In this document: one piece after another, positions 1 through 10,630 of the stretch
Layout of the letters: every line of letters starts with the position of its first letter
Position numbering within the stretch: the first letter of the stretch is position 1
Assembly: GCA_013265495.1 (NCBI GenBank)
Contig: MU058213.1
Span: 186,001 to 250,000, forward strand
Length of the DNA: 64,000 nucleotides
Reading direction: 5' to 3'
DNA from: Vicugna vicugna
Taxonomy: Eukaryota
Notes under the pieces: generated by a model
Told to the model about the DNA's origin: nothing
What the model saw: the letters and a program-made list of their open reading frames with translations, nothing else
Databases searched by the model: none
Translations under genes and position numbers: made by a program

Positions 1-3000
1 TTTTCACCCCCTTGATTAAATTTATTCCTAGGTGTTTTTTTTATGCAATTGAAAATGAGATTTTCTTAATTTTTCTGATAATTGGTTATTATATAAAATC
101 ACAACAGATTTCTGTGTGTTGATTTTATATCCTGCAACTTTACTGAATTCATTTATTAGTTTTAAGTTTTTTGGTGGAGTTGTTAGAGTTTTCTGTACAT
201 ACTTATATTATCTGCAAGTACAGAGAGGTTTACTTCTTCCTTTCCAATTTGAATGCCTTTTATTTCTTCTTGCCTGATTTCTCTGGCTAGGATTTCTGTT
301 ACTGTGTTGAATAAAAGTGCTGAGAGTGGGCATCCTTGTCCTGTTTCTGATCTTAGAGGAAAAGTTTTCAGCTTTTCACCTTTCAGTATGGTGTTAGCTG
401 TGGGCTTGTCATATATGGCCCTTATTATGTTCAGGTACCTCTCCTCCACACCCACTTTGTTGAGAGTTTTTAATCATACATGAATGTTGAACTTTGTCAA
501 ATGCTTTTTCTGCATCTGTTGATGATCGTATGGTTTTTATCCTTAATTTTGTCAATGTGGTACATCACGTTGACTGATTTGCGGATGTTGAACAATCCTT
601 GTGTTCCTGGAACAGATCCCACTTGATCCTTTAGAATTCAATTTGCTAACATTTTGTTGAGGATTTTTGCAAAGATGTTCGTTAGGCATATTGACTTGTA
701 ATTTTCTTTTTCTGATGCATCTTTATCTGATTTTGGTATCAGAGTAATAATGCTGGCCTCATAAAATTAGTCTGTGAGAGTTCCTTCCTCCTGTGTTTTG
801 GAAGAGTTTGAGAAGGATTGGTATTCATTCTTCTTTTAATGTATGGTAGAATACCAGAGAAGCCATCTGGCCATGGACTTTGGTTTGTTGTGAGATTTTT
901 GATAACTGATTCAATCCCCTTACTAGTAATTGGTCTGTTCATATTTCCTGTTACATCATAATTCAGTCTCTGTAGATTGAATATTTCTAGGAATTTCTCC
1001 ATTTCTTCTAGGCTGTCCAATTTTCAACATATAATTGTTCATAGTAGTCTCGTTTGATCCTTTGTATTTCTGTGGTACCATTGTAACTTCTTTTTTAGTT
1101 CTGATTCTGAGGGTTTTTTTTTTTTTCTGGTGAGTCTAGCTAAAGGTTTTTCAATTTTGTTTGTCTTTTGAAAGAGCCAGCTTTTAGTTTCATTATCTTC
1201 TCTATTGTCTTTTTAGTCTCTATTTAATCTATTTCCCCTCTATTATTTCTTCTACTAAATTTATTTTTCTTCTACTAACATTTGTTTCTCTTTTTTTACT
1301 TCTTTAAAGGTTAAAGTTAAGTTGTTTATTGGACTTTTTTTTGTTTCTTAATGTAGGCATTTATTGCTGTAAGATTCCCTCTTGGAACTGCATTTGCTGA
1401 ATCTCTAAGTTTTGGTAGGTTTTATTTTCATTATTATTTGTCTCAAGGTATTTTGTTGTTGTTGTTGACCTGTTTAAGTAGCATGTTGTTTTATCTCCAC
1501 GTATTTGTAAATTTTCCAGTTTTCTTCTATAGTTAATTTCTAGTTTATATCATTGTGGTCAAAAGAAGATGTTTCATATGTTTTTAATCTTCTTAAATTT
1601 GTTAAGATTTGTTTTGTAGCCTAACATATGGTCTCTCCTGGAGAATATTCCATGTGCACTTGAGAAAAATGTATATTCTATTGCTTTTGGGTGGATTTTT
1701 CCATTTATATGTGTAAGTCCATCTGGTTTAACTTGTTTTAAGGTTAAAGGTTGTTTAAAGGTTAATGTTTCCTTATTGATTTTCTACCTAGATGATCTAT
1801 CCATTGATGTAAGTAGGGTATTAAAGTTCCCTACTATTATAGTATTGCTGTCTTTTTCTTCCTTTTGGTCTGTTAATATTTGCTTTCTATATTTAAGTAC
1901 TATATCTATGTACAAATGTTACATCCTCTTGTTGAACTGACTTCTTTATCATTATGCAGTGCTCTTCTTTGTCTCTTATTACAGCTTTATTTTAAAGTCT
2001 GTTTTGTAGAGCTATCCTAGGTTTCTTTTAGTTTCCATTTGCATAGAGTATCTTTTTCCATCCCTTCAGTTTCTGTCTGTGTGTGTCCTTACATCTAAAA
2101 TGAGTCTCTGAAAGGCAAGATATACATGGATTTGGGCTTTATATTCCTTCAGTCACTCTGTGTCTGTGTCTTCTGATTGGAGACTATAGGCCATTTACAT
2201 ATAAAGTAATTATTGATAGGTAGGTACTTATTGTCATTTTGTTCATTGTTTTCTGGCCACTTTGTACTTCCTATGTACATTTCTTTTGCTCTTTTCCTTT
2301 ATGCTTGATGAATTCTGTAGTGGTACGTATAGGTGCCTTTCTCTATTGTGTATTTACTATGGGTTTTTGCTTTGTGGTTACAATGAGGCTTACATATAAC
2401 AACTTACATTTATAATGGTCTAGTTTACATTGATAGCAACTTAAATTTGAGTGTATTCTAAAGCTCTAGATTTTTTACTCTCCTCCATCATTTTATGTTT
2501 TTAATGTCACATTTTATATTTTTTACCTTTGTATCCCTTAACTAATTATTTTCGTTACTTTAACTACTTTTAACCTTCATACAAGCTTTATAAAATTAAT
2601 TCACTACTTTTATGATATTACTATATTCTGAATTTCACTATGTATTAACCTTTATCAGTAAGACTTATACTTTGATAGGGTTTCCTGTTACTAATTACCA
2701 CCATTTTCTTTTACCTTAAAGAAGTCCTTTCAACATTTCTTGTAAGGCGAGTCTGTGGTGATGAGCTCCGTTAGCTTTTGCTTATCTGGAAAACTCTATT
2801 TCTCCTTCAATTCTGAATGATAACTTACAATCAAGAATTCTCTACCCAGAAGAGTTACTTCCTTCAGAACTTTGAATATATTCTGCCACTCCCTGAAGGC
2901 CTGCAGAATTTCTGCTGAAAAATCAGCTCCTAGTATTATGGGAGTTCCCTTTTATACAAAGTTTCTTCTATTGCTGTTTTTAAGATTCTCTCCTCTTCTT

Positions 3001-3850
3001 TAGCTTTTGACATTTTAATTATAATATGTCTTGTGGCCCTCCTTGGAGTCATCTAATTTAGAACCTTCTAGGCTTCTTGGACCTTGATATGTTTCCTTCT
3101 TCTGGTTTGGAAAGCTTTCAGCCATTATTTCTTGAAATAGGGTTTCTTCCCCCTTTATCATTTCTTGGAACCTCCATAATGCAAATGTTGGTGTGCTTGA
3201 TGTTGTCCCCGTAAGTTCCTTAAGCCATTTTAACTTTTTTTTTCCATTTTTCTTTTTTTGCTCTGAGTTCCACTGCTATGTGATTGAGTTCATTGATCCT
3301 TTCTTTTGCTTCATATAATCTGCTATTGAACCCCTCTTATGCATTTTTAAAGTCAATTATCATATTCTTCAGCTCTGTGATTTCTATTTCGTACTTTAAA
3401 AAATGTTGTCTTCAAAGTTCTCACTGTGTTCATCCATTCTTCTCCCAAGTTCAGTGAGCATATTTATAACTGTTACTTTGAACTGTTTATCAGATAAAAC
3501 ACTTATCTACATTTCATTAAGGACTTTTTTTTCAGTTTTTATCTTGTTCTTTCATTTGGAATATATTCCTGTTTCTTCATTTTGCTTCACTTTCTGTGTT
3601 GGTTTCTATGCATTAGGTAAAGCAGCCACTTCTTCTGTTCTTGAAGTAGCAGCCTTGGGTAGGAGGTGAAACTTATGCTTCAGTCTTGCCTAGCTCTTAG
3701 TTGTCACGCAAACCATTGTGATCACCCAAGCAGCCTATTTTATTTGAAGCAGCTCCCAGTAGTTGAGAGTGTGCAAAGACCCATCATTGTCCCAAAGGAG
3801 AGAATCTCAGCCAGCACCTAGATTCAGGCTGAGTGGAAGTCAGATGCTCA
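1..3850 (-). mobile_element. Decayed LINE-1: 5'UTR ~3560-3850, ORF1 ~2700-3550, long inter-ORF spacer, ORF2 endonuclease/RT ~1-2240; continues past window start
   Basis: ORF 183..455 ([31 protein letters not shown]) is the L1 ORF2 RT region and 739..1020 is the ORF2 linker; T-rich plus strand; many stops and frameshifts. Confidence 0.9.
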
Positions 3851-4487
3851 GGTGGTAAGTTGGGATAATAATAATGCTTACCTCTCAGGGATCACTGTCT
3901 TTCAATGCTTGATAGCGAACCACTGTTTATATATTTTAGCTTTTTTCCCCCCAGTTATTTTAAGCAAGAGGGTAAATCTAGAGACTTGCTGCTTTAGGAA
4001 GACTTGCTGATAGAGGAAGTCTTCTCCCCCTACCCCGCATTTGAAAGCACTCTTTCGGATTATTTATTTAGGCTTAAAGTATCCTGTCCTAGATGAGTAA
4101 ATTGGGACAGTTTTGCTTTAAGGATTGGGATAATAAAGTCTCTCACAAGCTTATTTCCTCTAGCTCTTCATGTCAGTGTGCATACTCTGACGTCCCTTAC
4201 TTCAGAGCAAAATGTGTGCATATATAGCTTAAGTTAAAGAATCCACCATGGAGTCCAAAGATCTACTGAATAAATATATGCCCAGGATATATTTCTGATG
4301 GACTTCATGGGAAGCTGTGTACAGGATTTAGATATCTGAAGGTCAGTGCTTACAACATAATGTAGGGATAAGTGAGTGGGAAGACTGAAGTCAAAATAAA
4401 TTTGAATACTTACACTACTGAGTTACATTTTTAAATTTCTCTAAGTCTCAACTTTTTTTAACCTGCAAAATAGGGATTAAAATTGTT

Positions 4488-4540
4488 TTTTATTTTTACT
4501 TATATTTTTAGGGGGGAGGTAATTAGGTTTATTTATTAAT
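4488..4540 (-). mobile_element. Camelid SINE 3' tail fragment
   Basis: ggggggaggtaattaggtttatttatt matches the tail of the complete SINE at 56401-56538. Confidence 0.6.
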
Positions 4541-4547
4541 TTTAAAC

Positions 4548-4686
4548 ACCTTTATTGTGATATGGTTCCTGAACAGTAAACTACACTATTTCAGATATAC
4601 AATTTGATGAATTTTGATGGATGTATATACCCATGAAACCACTACCACAATCAAGATAGCTAACATTCCCATCACTCCCCAAGAGA
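4548..4686 (-). mobile_element. Old L1M 3'-end fragment
   Basis: tttattgtgatat...tatacaatttgatgaattttgat...cccatgaaaccactaccacaatcaagata is a typical ancient L1M terminus. Confidence 0.65.
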
Positions 4687-4687
4687 T

Positions 4688-5988
4688 GCAAATTTCATGT
4701 TTTCAATTTATCCCTTCCCACTCCTATTACCCTTGGTAACCATAAGTTTTTTCTCTATGTCTGAGTCTATTTCTTTTTGTAGGTAAGTTCATTTGTGTCC
4801 CCTTTTTTAGATTCCACATGTAAGTGATATCATATGGCATTTTTCTTTCTCTTTCTGGCTTATTTCACATAGAATGATGATCTCTGGGTCCATTCATGTT
4901 GCAGCAAATGACATTATTTTACTCTTTTTTGTGGCTGAGGAGTATTCAATTGTATAAACATACCACAACTCCTTTATCCAGCCATCTGTCGATGGACATT
5001 TTGGCTGTTTCCATGTTTTGGCTGTTGTAAATAGTGCTGCTTTGAACACTGGGGTGCTTGTGTCTTCTGAATTTTATTTTTCTCTGGATATATGCCCAGG
5101 AGTGGGATTGCTGGGTCATATGCTAAGTTTATTTTTATTTTTTTTAGTTTTTTGAGGACTCTCCATACTGTTTTCCATAATGGCTGCACCAAATTAAATT
5201 ATCACCAGTAGTGTAGGAGGGTTCCCTTTTCTCCACAGCCTCTCCAGCATTTATCATTTGTAGACCTTATAATGATGGCCATTCTGACTGGTGTGAGGTG
5301 ATACCTCATTGTAGTTTTGATTTGCATTTCTCTGATACTTAGTGATATTGAGCACTTTTTCATGTGCCTAATCATCATTTGTATGTCTTCATTGGAGAAT
5401 TGTTTGCTTAGGTCTTCTGCCCATTTTTGGATTGTGTTGTTTGTTTTTTTAAGTTGTAAGAGCTATTTATATATTCTGGAAATTAAACCTTTGTCAGTCA
5501 CATCATTTGCAAATGTTTTTTCCTATTCCATAGGTTGTTGTTTTGTTTTGCTTATGGTTTCCTTTGCTGTAGAAAAGCTTTTAAGTTTGATTAAGTCTCA
5601 TTTGTTAATTTTGTTTTTATTTCCATTGCCTGGGTAAACTGCCCTAGGAGAACACTGCTAAGATTTATGTCAGAATGTTTGCCTATGTTTTCTTCTAGGA
5701 GGTTTAAAGTGTCTTGTCTTTGATTTAAGTTTTAAAGCCATTCTGAGTTTATTTTTGTATATGATGTGAGGGAGTGTTCTAACTTCACTGATTTACATAC
5801 TGCTGTCCAGCTTTTCCAACACCACTTGAAGAGACTCTCTTTTCCCCACTGTATATTCTTGCCTCCTTTGTCAAAGATGAATTGACTGTAGGTCTGTGGA
5901 TTTATTCCTGGCTCTCTATTCTGTTCCATTGATCCATATGTCTGTTTTTGTGCCAATACTACACTTTTGATTACTGTAGCTTTGTAGT
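4688..5988 (-). mobile_element. LINE-1 ORF2 C-terminus plus partial 3'UTR (inverted segment of a rearranged L1)
   Basis: ORF 4974..5192 (QPLWKTVWR...[12 protein letters not shown]) is the ORF2 C-terminus; no poly(A) at its own 3' end. Confidence 0.9.
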
Positions 5989-6775
5989 AAAAATTTATAT
6001 CTTTTAGAATATGTTTGAACTTATGGACTCAAGCCTAAAGCAACTAGATATAGTTATGGGTCCATATACTTGAAAACCAGGGTAACCACTAATCAAAAAC
6101 ATAAAACAGGTTCACAAAAAGCAAAAAGAAGGAACTGAAGCATAAATCAATATGAAATCATCAAACCACACAAGAAAAAAAACAAAATAAGAAGGGAACA
6201 AAGAACTACAAAATCAACTGTAAACGAGGTTTAAAATGGTAATAAATACATACTTACTAATAATTACTTTAAATGTCAATGGACTAAATGTTCCAGTCAA
6301 AAAACAAAGTGGCAGAATGGGTGATAAAACAAGAGCCTACAAAAAGCTGCCTACAAAGGACCCACTTTAGGACAAAAGACACACACAGATTGAAACTGAG
6401 GGGATGACATATTTCATGCAAATAGAAATAAAAAGCAAGCAAGGATAGCAATACTCATATCGGACAAAGTAGACGTTAATACAATGAAGGCCATAAAGAC
6501 AAAGGACACAATATAATGATACAGGGATCAATACATGAAGATGTTATACTCATCAACATATATACACCCAGTATAGGAGCACCTAAATATATAAAACAAA
6601 TAGTAACACATAAAGAAACTGATGGGAATATAATAATAGTAGGAGACTGCAACAGCCCACTGACATCAATGGACAGATCTTCCAGACAGAAAATATATAC
6701 ATATAAATTAATCACTTGGCTGTACACCTGAAACTAACACAATACTGTAAATCAACTATACTGAAATTTTTTTTA
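5989..6775 (+). mobile_element. LINE-1 inter-ORF plus endonuclease fragment fused to an L1 3' terminus
   Basis: taataattactttaaatgtcaatggactaaatg (EN start); ORF 6516..6731 (NIYTPSIGAPKYIKQ...IIVGDCNSPLTSMDRSSRQKI); L1 terminus gctgtacacctgaaactaacacaatactgtaaatcaactatact at ~6718-6762. Confidence 0.85.
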
Positions 6776-6817
6776 AGTCTATTATCTTGCAGAGTCTGAC
6801 TGAATCAGCGGGTACTG

Positions 6818-6823
6818 TTTAAT
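6818..6823 (-). terminator. DMXL2: Candidate distal poly(A) signal ATTAAA of DMXL2
   Basis: plus tttaat = minus ATTAAA, with several TGTA motifs just upstream in transcript orientation. Confidence 0.4.
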
Positions 6824-7267
6824 ACAGACAATGCAACATACACAGGTTCCTGTATACAGAACTGTGGTAAGTGTATGTACACGTTGATAATTTTTGCCAG
6901 ATTTGTACTGTGTATTCAGGCGTCCTCTCTCCTCCTCCTCTCCTCACCACTTCACATAAGCACCATTCCCAGTTCCTCCACCAGTGTTGGTACCAAAATC
7001 CACACATTTCAGTAAACAAAAAGGCACAGTAAGGTTAGTTCTTGCCCAACTAAATCCCAACACTGCATGTACTCTGGTCACTGCTGTATCCCATTTCCTA
7101 GAATGGCTTCTGATACAGACAGTGCTTGGACAATATTGGTAAATGAATGAACTACCTTATAGCTTAAACACTCTCTAATAGTCAAGCATTTTATCAAAAT
7201 TATCTCAGCTGTTAAAAATGTACAAAGAATGCCAGACCAAACTGAGGTAAAACTCTAACAAATAACA

Positions 7268-7273
7268 TTTATT
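7268..7273 (-). terminator. DMXL2: Probable main poly(A) signal AATAAA of DMXL2
   Basis: plus tttatt = minus AATAAA, TGTA just upstream and a U/GU-rich stretch downstream (~7201-7240). Confidence 0.75.
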
Positions 7274-8268
7274 TTTCTTTTACATTAGTATTTCACAGTC
7301 CAAAACATTACACTGCCTTCAGAGAAAGGTGCTTTTATGCCATTATATTTTACTATTTACCACACAGGCAGGAAACATTCTCATTAACATGATGAGACAA
7401 TTTGCTGGTAAACATTTAAACACACAGACATTGGTTTCAATATTTCAAGAATGTATTTTTGGTCAAAACCAAGGACATACATCAAAATATGATAACATTG
7501 GCTAATATTTTTCAAGCAAATAATATTTAACTCTGCATAGTTTGCACAATAGGCTGTGGTAATAAATAATATCACCAATCTCGATCAACTATGAACTGGC
7601 CACAAAAAGCCTAACATTCATCTTAATTAGGATATGAAATGCTCTATTCGTGTAGTTCCAACATAGCCTTAAAATGTTGGTGTTTAACCTTGAATACGTC
7701 AAAAGAAGTACTAAACTGGACTAAGAAAAGAAGTACTAACTGGGTATGTTTTGGTTAACTACAAACATGTCATGTCCACATATTACATTCCTAACATGAA
7801 GGCAAATATTTAAATAGAAAAACGAGCAGTCCAAAAAATGTGAATGTGCAAACGGTGAGGAAAACGTTGCATTTAAATCTGCACTCAGTTGCAAGTTACA
7901 GTACTAGCTCAGTATAAACACTAACGGGAAAAATGTTCAGCAGGAAAGAACGGCACGACTTCTCACGGCAGAGAACTAGTCACTGCGTGCTGCTCCAAAG
8001 CTTAGCGTGTGTTTCTGGTGGCCCAGAGCTTCCAGCTCCTGATCACCATCCTTCCCTCAACAACGGACACGGCGGGCATGCTTCGGCCAGCGGTAAGAAT
8101 GGGAGGAAAAACCTGAATCAAGCAACACTTTCTTCCTTAATTTGGTATAAAGGTCCTTCTCATTATTATAACTTACTATTACCCTAACTTCTAACCGCAG
8201 ATGTTTTCTGAATCAGGTTTGCTAAATGCTGTAAAGGATAACTCCCTTCATACGATACTAGGCTTTGT

Positions 8269-8274
8269 TTTATT
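8269..8274 (-). terminator. DMXL2: Candidate proximal poly(A) signal AATAAA
   Basis: minus AATAAA ~210 nt after the stop, TGTA ~20 nt upstream. Confidence 0.4.
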
Positions 8275-8484
8275 TACGTCAGCATGATAAATGGTACATG
8301 CACAGTCATTCTAACGACCTGTATAGGCAACACTCAGCTTGCATCAGGTTCAGATTCTACACAGAGATTCTCTGTATTGTTTTCAATGTGTTAACAGCTG
8401 CTTGGAAAGCAGAAATGCCTAATAGATTCTACAGTGTGTTTTTTAATTGAAATGTTTATAAAAATAAAGCCCCAACCTTAAAGT

Positions 8485-8694
8485 CTATAGAATGTCAAGA
8501 ATTCTATGAGGGATGTTAAAAGCACTGGGCAAGACCCTCGTTTTCAGCGTCCCGTCTGCCCCACAGGAGAAGATCCGGTTGCCCTGGGTGATGTCGATCT
8601 GCATGACTCCAGCCCCAAGGTTTCTGAATATGGACTGTTTAGCATGTTCATTTTTAAATGAATGAATTAAGCCATGGCCTGTCAATCTCCAAAC
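8485..8694 (-). CDS. DMXL2: DMXL2 last coding exon (VWRLTGHGLIHSFKNEH...RILDIL*), C-terminal WD40
   Basis: acceptor aactag|GTT; 210 nt, phase 0, ends in TAG; matches the known DMXL2 C-terminus. Confidence 0.97.
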   Translation of the reverse strand, partial: VWRLTGHGLIHSFKNEHAKQSIFRNLGAGVMQIDITQGNRIFSCGADGTLKTRVLPSAFNIPHRILDIL

Positions 8695-9413
8695 CTAGTT
8701 TAAAGAAAAAATGAAAACAAAAAGTGTAAGCCATTAAAAAGAGAGGGAAAGAGATTAGAAGTAAAAACATGGCCTTCATGTCTGTTCCCCTGGCCCAACT
8801 GATCTCATTAAACCCCACCTTTCCCATCCACTACCTCTTTCCCAACTGGAAATAGTACCACTTACATGATTCATTTACTGCTTAGACGTTACTGTCCCTT
8901 CGCTCAAATTCCTCTCCTCACATCCTCTTGTTTCGTATCAACCCTATATACCCCATCTCTAATTTATATTGCCCCAGGGCCTTGCTTGTATTTAATTAAA
9001 AGACCAGAGCCACCTCACTTCCCTGGGGACCTCACCTCAACTATACAGTCAGGTACTGGAGGGATGCGGGGGAGGTTGTGTGGAGCCAAACTAATGTCAC
9101 CCCCAAAAATTTATGCATTAATTAAACTCATACACTTACTCACAACAGTGTTCCTTAACGCTTTTTAATGATCTGAGAGTATGCTGAGTTTGACTATCAC
9201 GTTTTCTAGCCCCTGACAGTTCAGAAAGAACCACAGGGAAGTAAGGGAGGAACAGTGTCGTGAGGCATTCAATATCCCCACCCGGCCTCATTTCACGCCC
9301 TCACTCCCAGGAGTGTGGGGAGGTTTTGGTTTGGTTTCCCACCCCTCTGCCACCTGCCTCAACAGCAGATGGAGACAACACTTAGCACAGTCCCACCTCT
9401 CGCGCCGACTCAC

Positions 9414-9631
9414 CTTTATGTTGCCTTCTGCGGAGCCCGTGGTGAAGTATTCCTCACAGGGGTCCAGAGCCAGCGCCTTAACAGCAGAGTCGTGGGCCTG
9501 GAACGTGTGAATTAGCTGTCTCTGCCTGATGTCAAAAATGCAGACAAATCCTTTCCTACCTCCAGATATGAGGAGCTGCTGTTTGGGCGCGTACTGAAGT
9601 ACCGTGGCACCGTGATCATGGCAGGTGAAAC
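9414..9631 (-). CDS. DMXL2: DMXL2 exon (GFTCHDHGATVLQYAPKQQ...TGSAEGNIK), WD40
   Basis: ttcctcag|GT ... AAG|gtgagt; 218 nt, phase 1-0. Confidence 0.96.
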
Positions 9632-9655
9632 CTGAGGAAGAAAAGCATCAAGTGT

Positions 9656-9820
9656 GAGGAGGGCACAGCTCGGTGCTACAGCGCATGCTCAGCACGCACG
9701 AGATCCTGGGTTCAAGCCCCAGCACATCCATGAAGTAAGTAAATAAAACTAAACTTAAGAAAAATAAACTTTAAAAAAGAAGAAAATAGTAAAGCTTGCC
9801 ATTTAAAAAAAAAAAAAAAA
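9656..9820 (+). mobile_element. tRNA-Ala-derived camelid SINE (vic-1 type) with A-rich tail
   Basis: A-box/B-box-like head ggagggcacagctc...gagatcctgggttcaagccccagc followed by an A-rich tail. Confidence 0.8.
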
Positions 9821-10630
9821 GTCAAGAGCTTTTCCCCAATGTCTGTCTTGGCAATTCTGGTAACATTTAAATGCACATTTAAATGATACAGAAATTACTG
9901 TCACATTGTCCCTTCTAAGTTCTATAATCATATGATCAAAGTATTTTAAAACACAGCAAACGATGACAGAAAAAAGTTCTTATCCACAATCTCAAAATGA
10001 AAACATATAGGAAGTTTAAGTCCAAACTAAGTTCTACTGCCTCTTAAGAAGTATATAGATGTGAAAGTGCAGAGTAAGGTGCTCATGGATGCCCTCTCCC
10101 AGGTCCTGCCCACACACAAAGCCTCATCAGAATTTCTCCACTAGGTAACAAACTCAGCTACACTCGTGAAAATGACCAGCTGCAAGTTAAGGAGTTACCC
10201 TTCCCAGGACTCATTCTAATATGATTAAAGCTTTAAACTAGTATGTGGAAATCAAATCTTTAAGAGATGTTAATAATTATTTCCCAATTTAATTGCAAAA
10301 TTCCAGTTTTTTGGTGAATAACTACATCTTTAAAAATGTACATCAGCCTAATAAAAGACTGAGAAATCCACCCCTCATCCTCTCCCCCAAAAATGTCCAC
10401 CTGGCTGTGTTTAACCAAACCTCACTGGTGCTTCAAGCACTCTTGGAAGCATTATGTGGAAGAGTGGTCTTTAGGACAGCAATCTGGAAAACACTGTCTT
10501 AAAAGGAGTAATATTTAAATGGAATTGTTCATATTTTTAACTCATAAGGTTAACTTTTAATTTATGGTTAGGTTTAATTAGGTAAAATAATGATCTTATT
10601 TCTATTGAGCTCAATGAATACTTTGCACCT

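Larger units (their letters stand above)
7245..8484 (-). other. DMXL2: DMXL2 3' UTR (to the probable main poly(A) site)
   Basis: Repeat-free AU-rich sequence between the stop codon and the AATAAA at 7268; cleavage site approximate. Confidence 0.75.
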
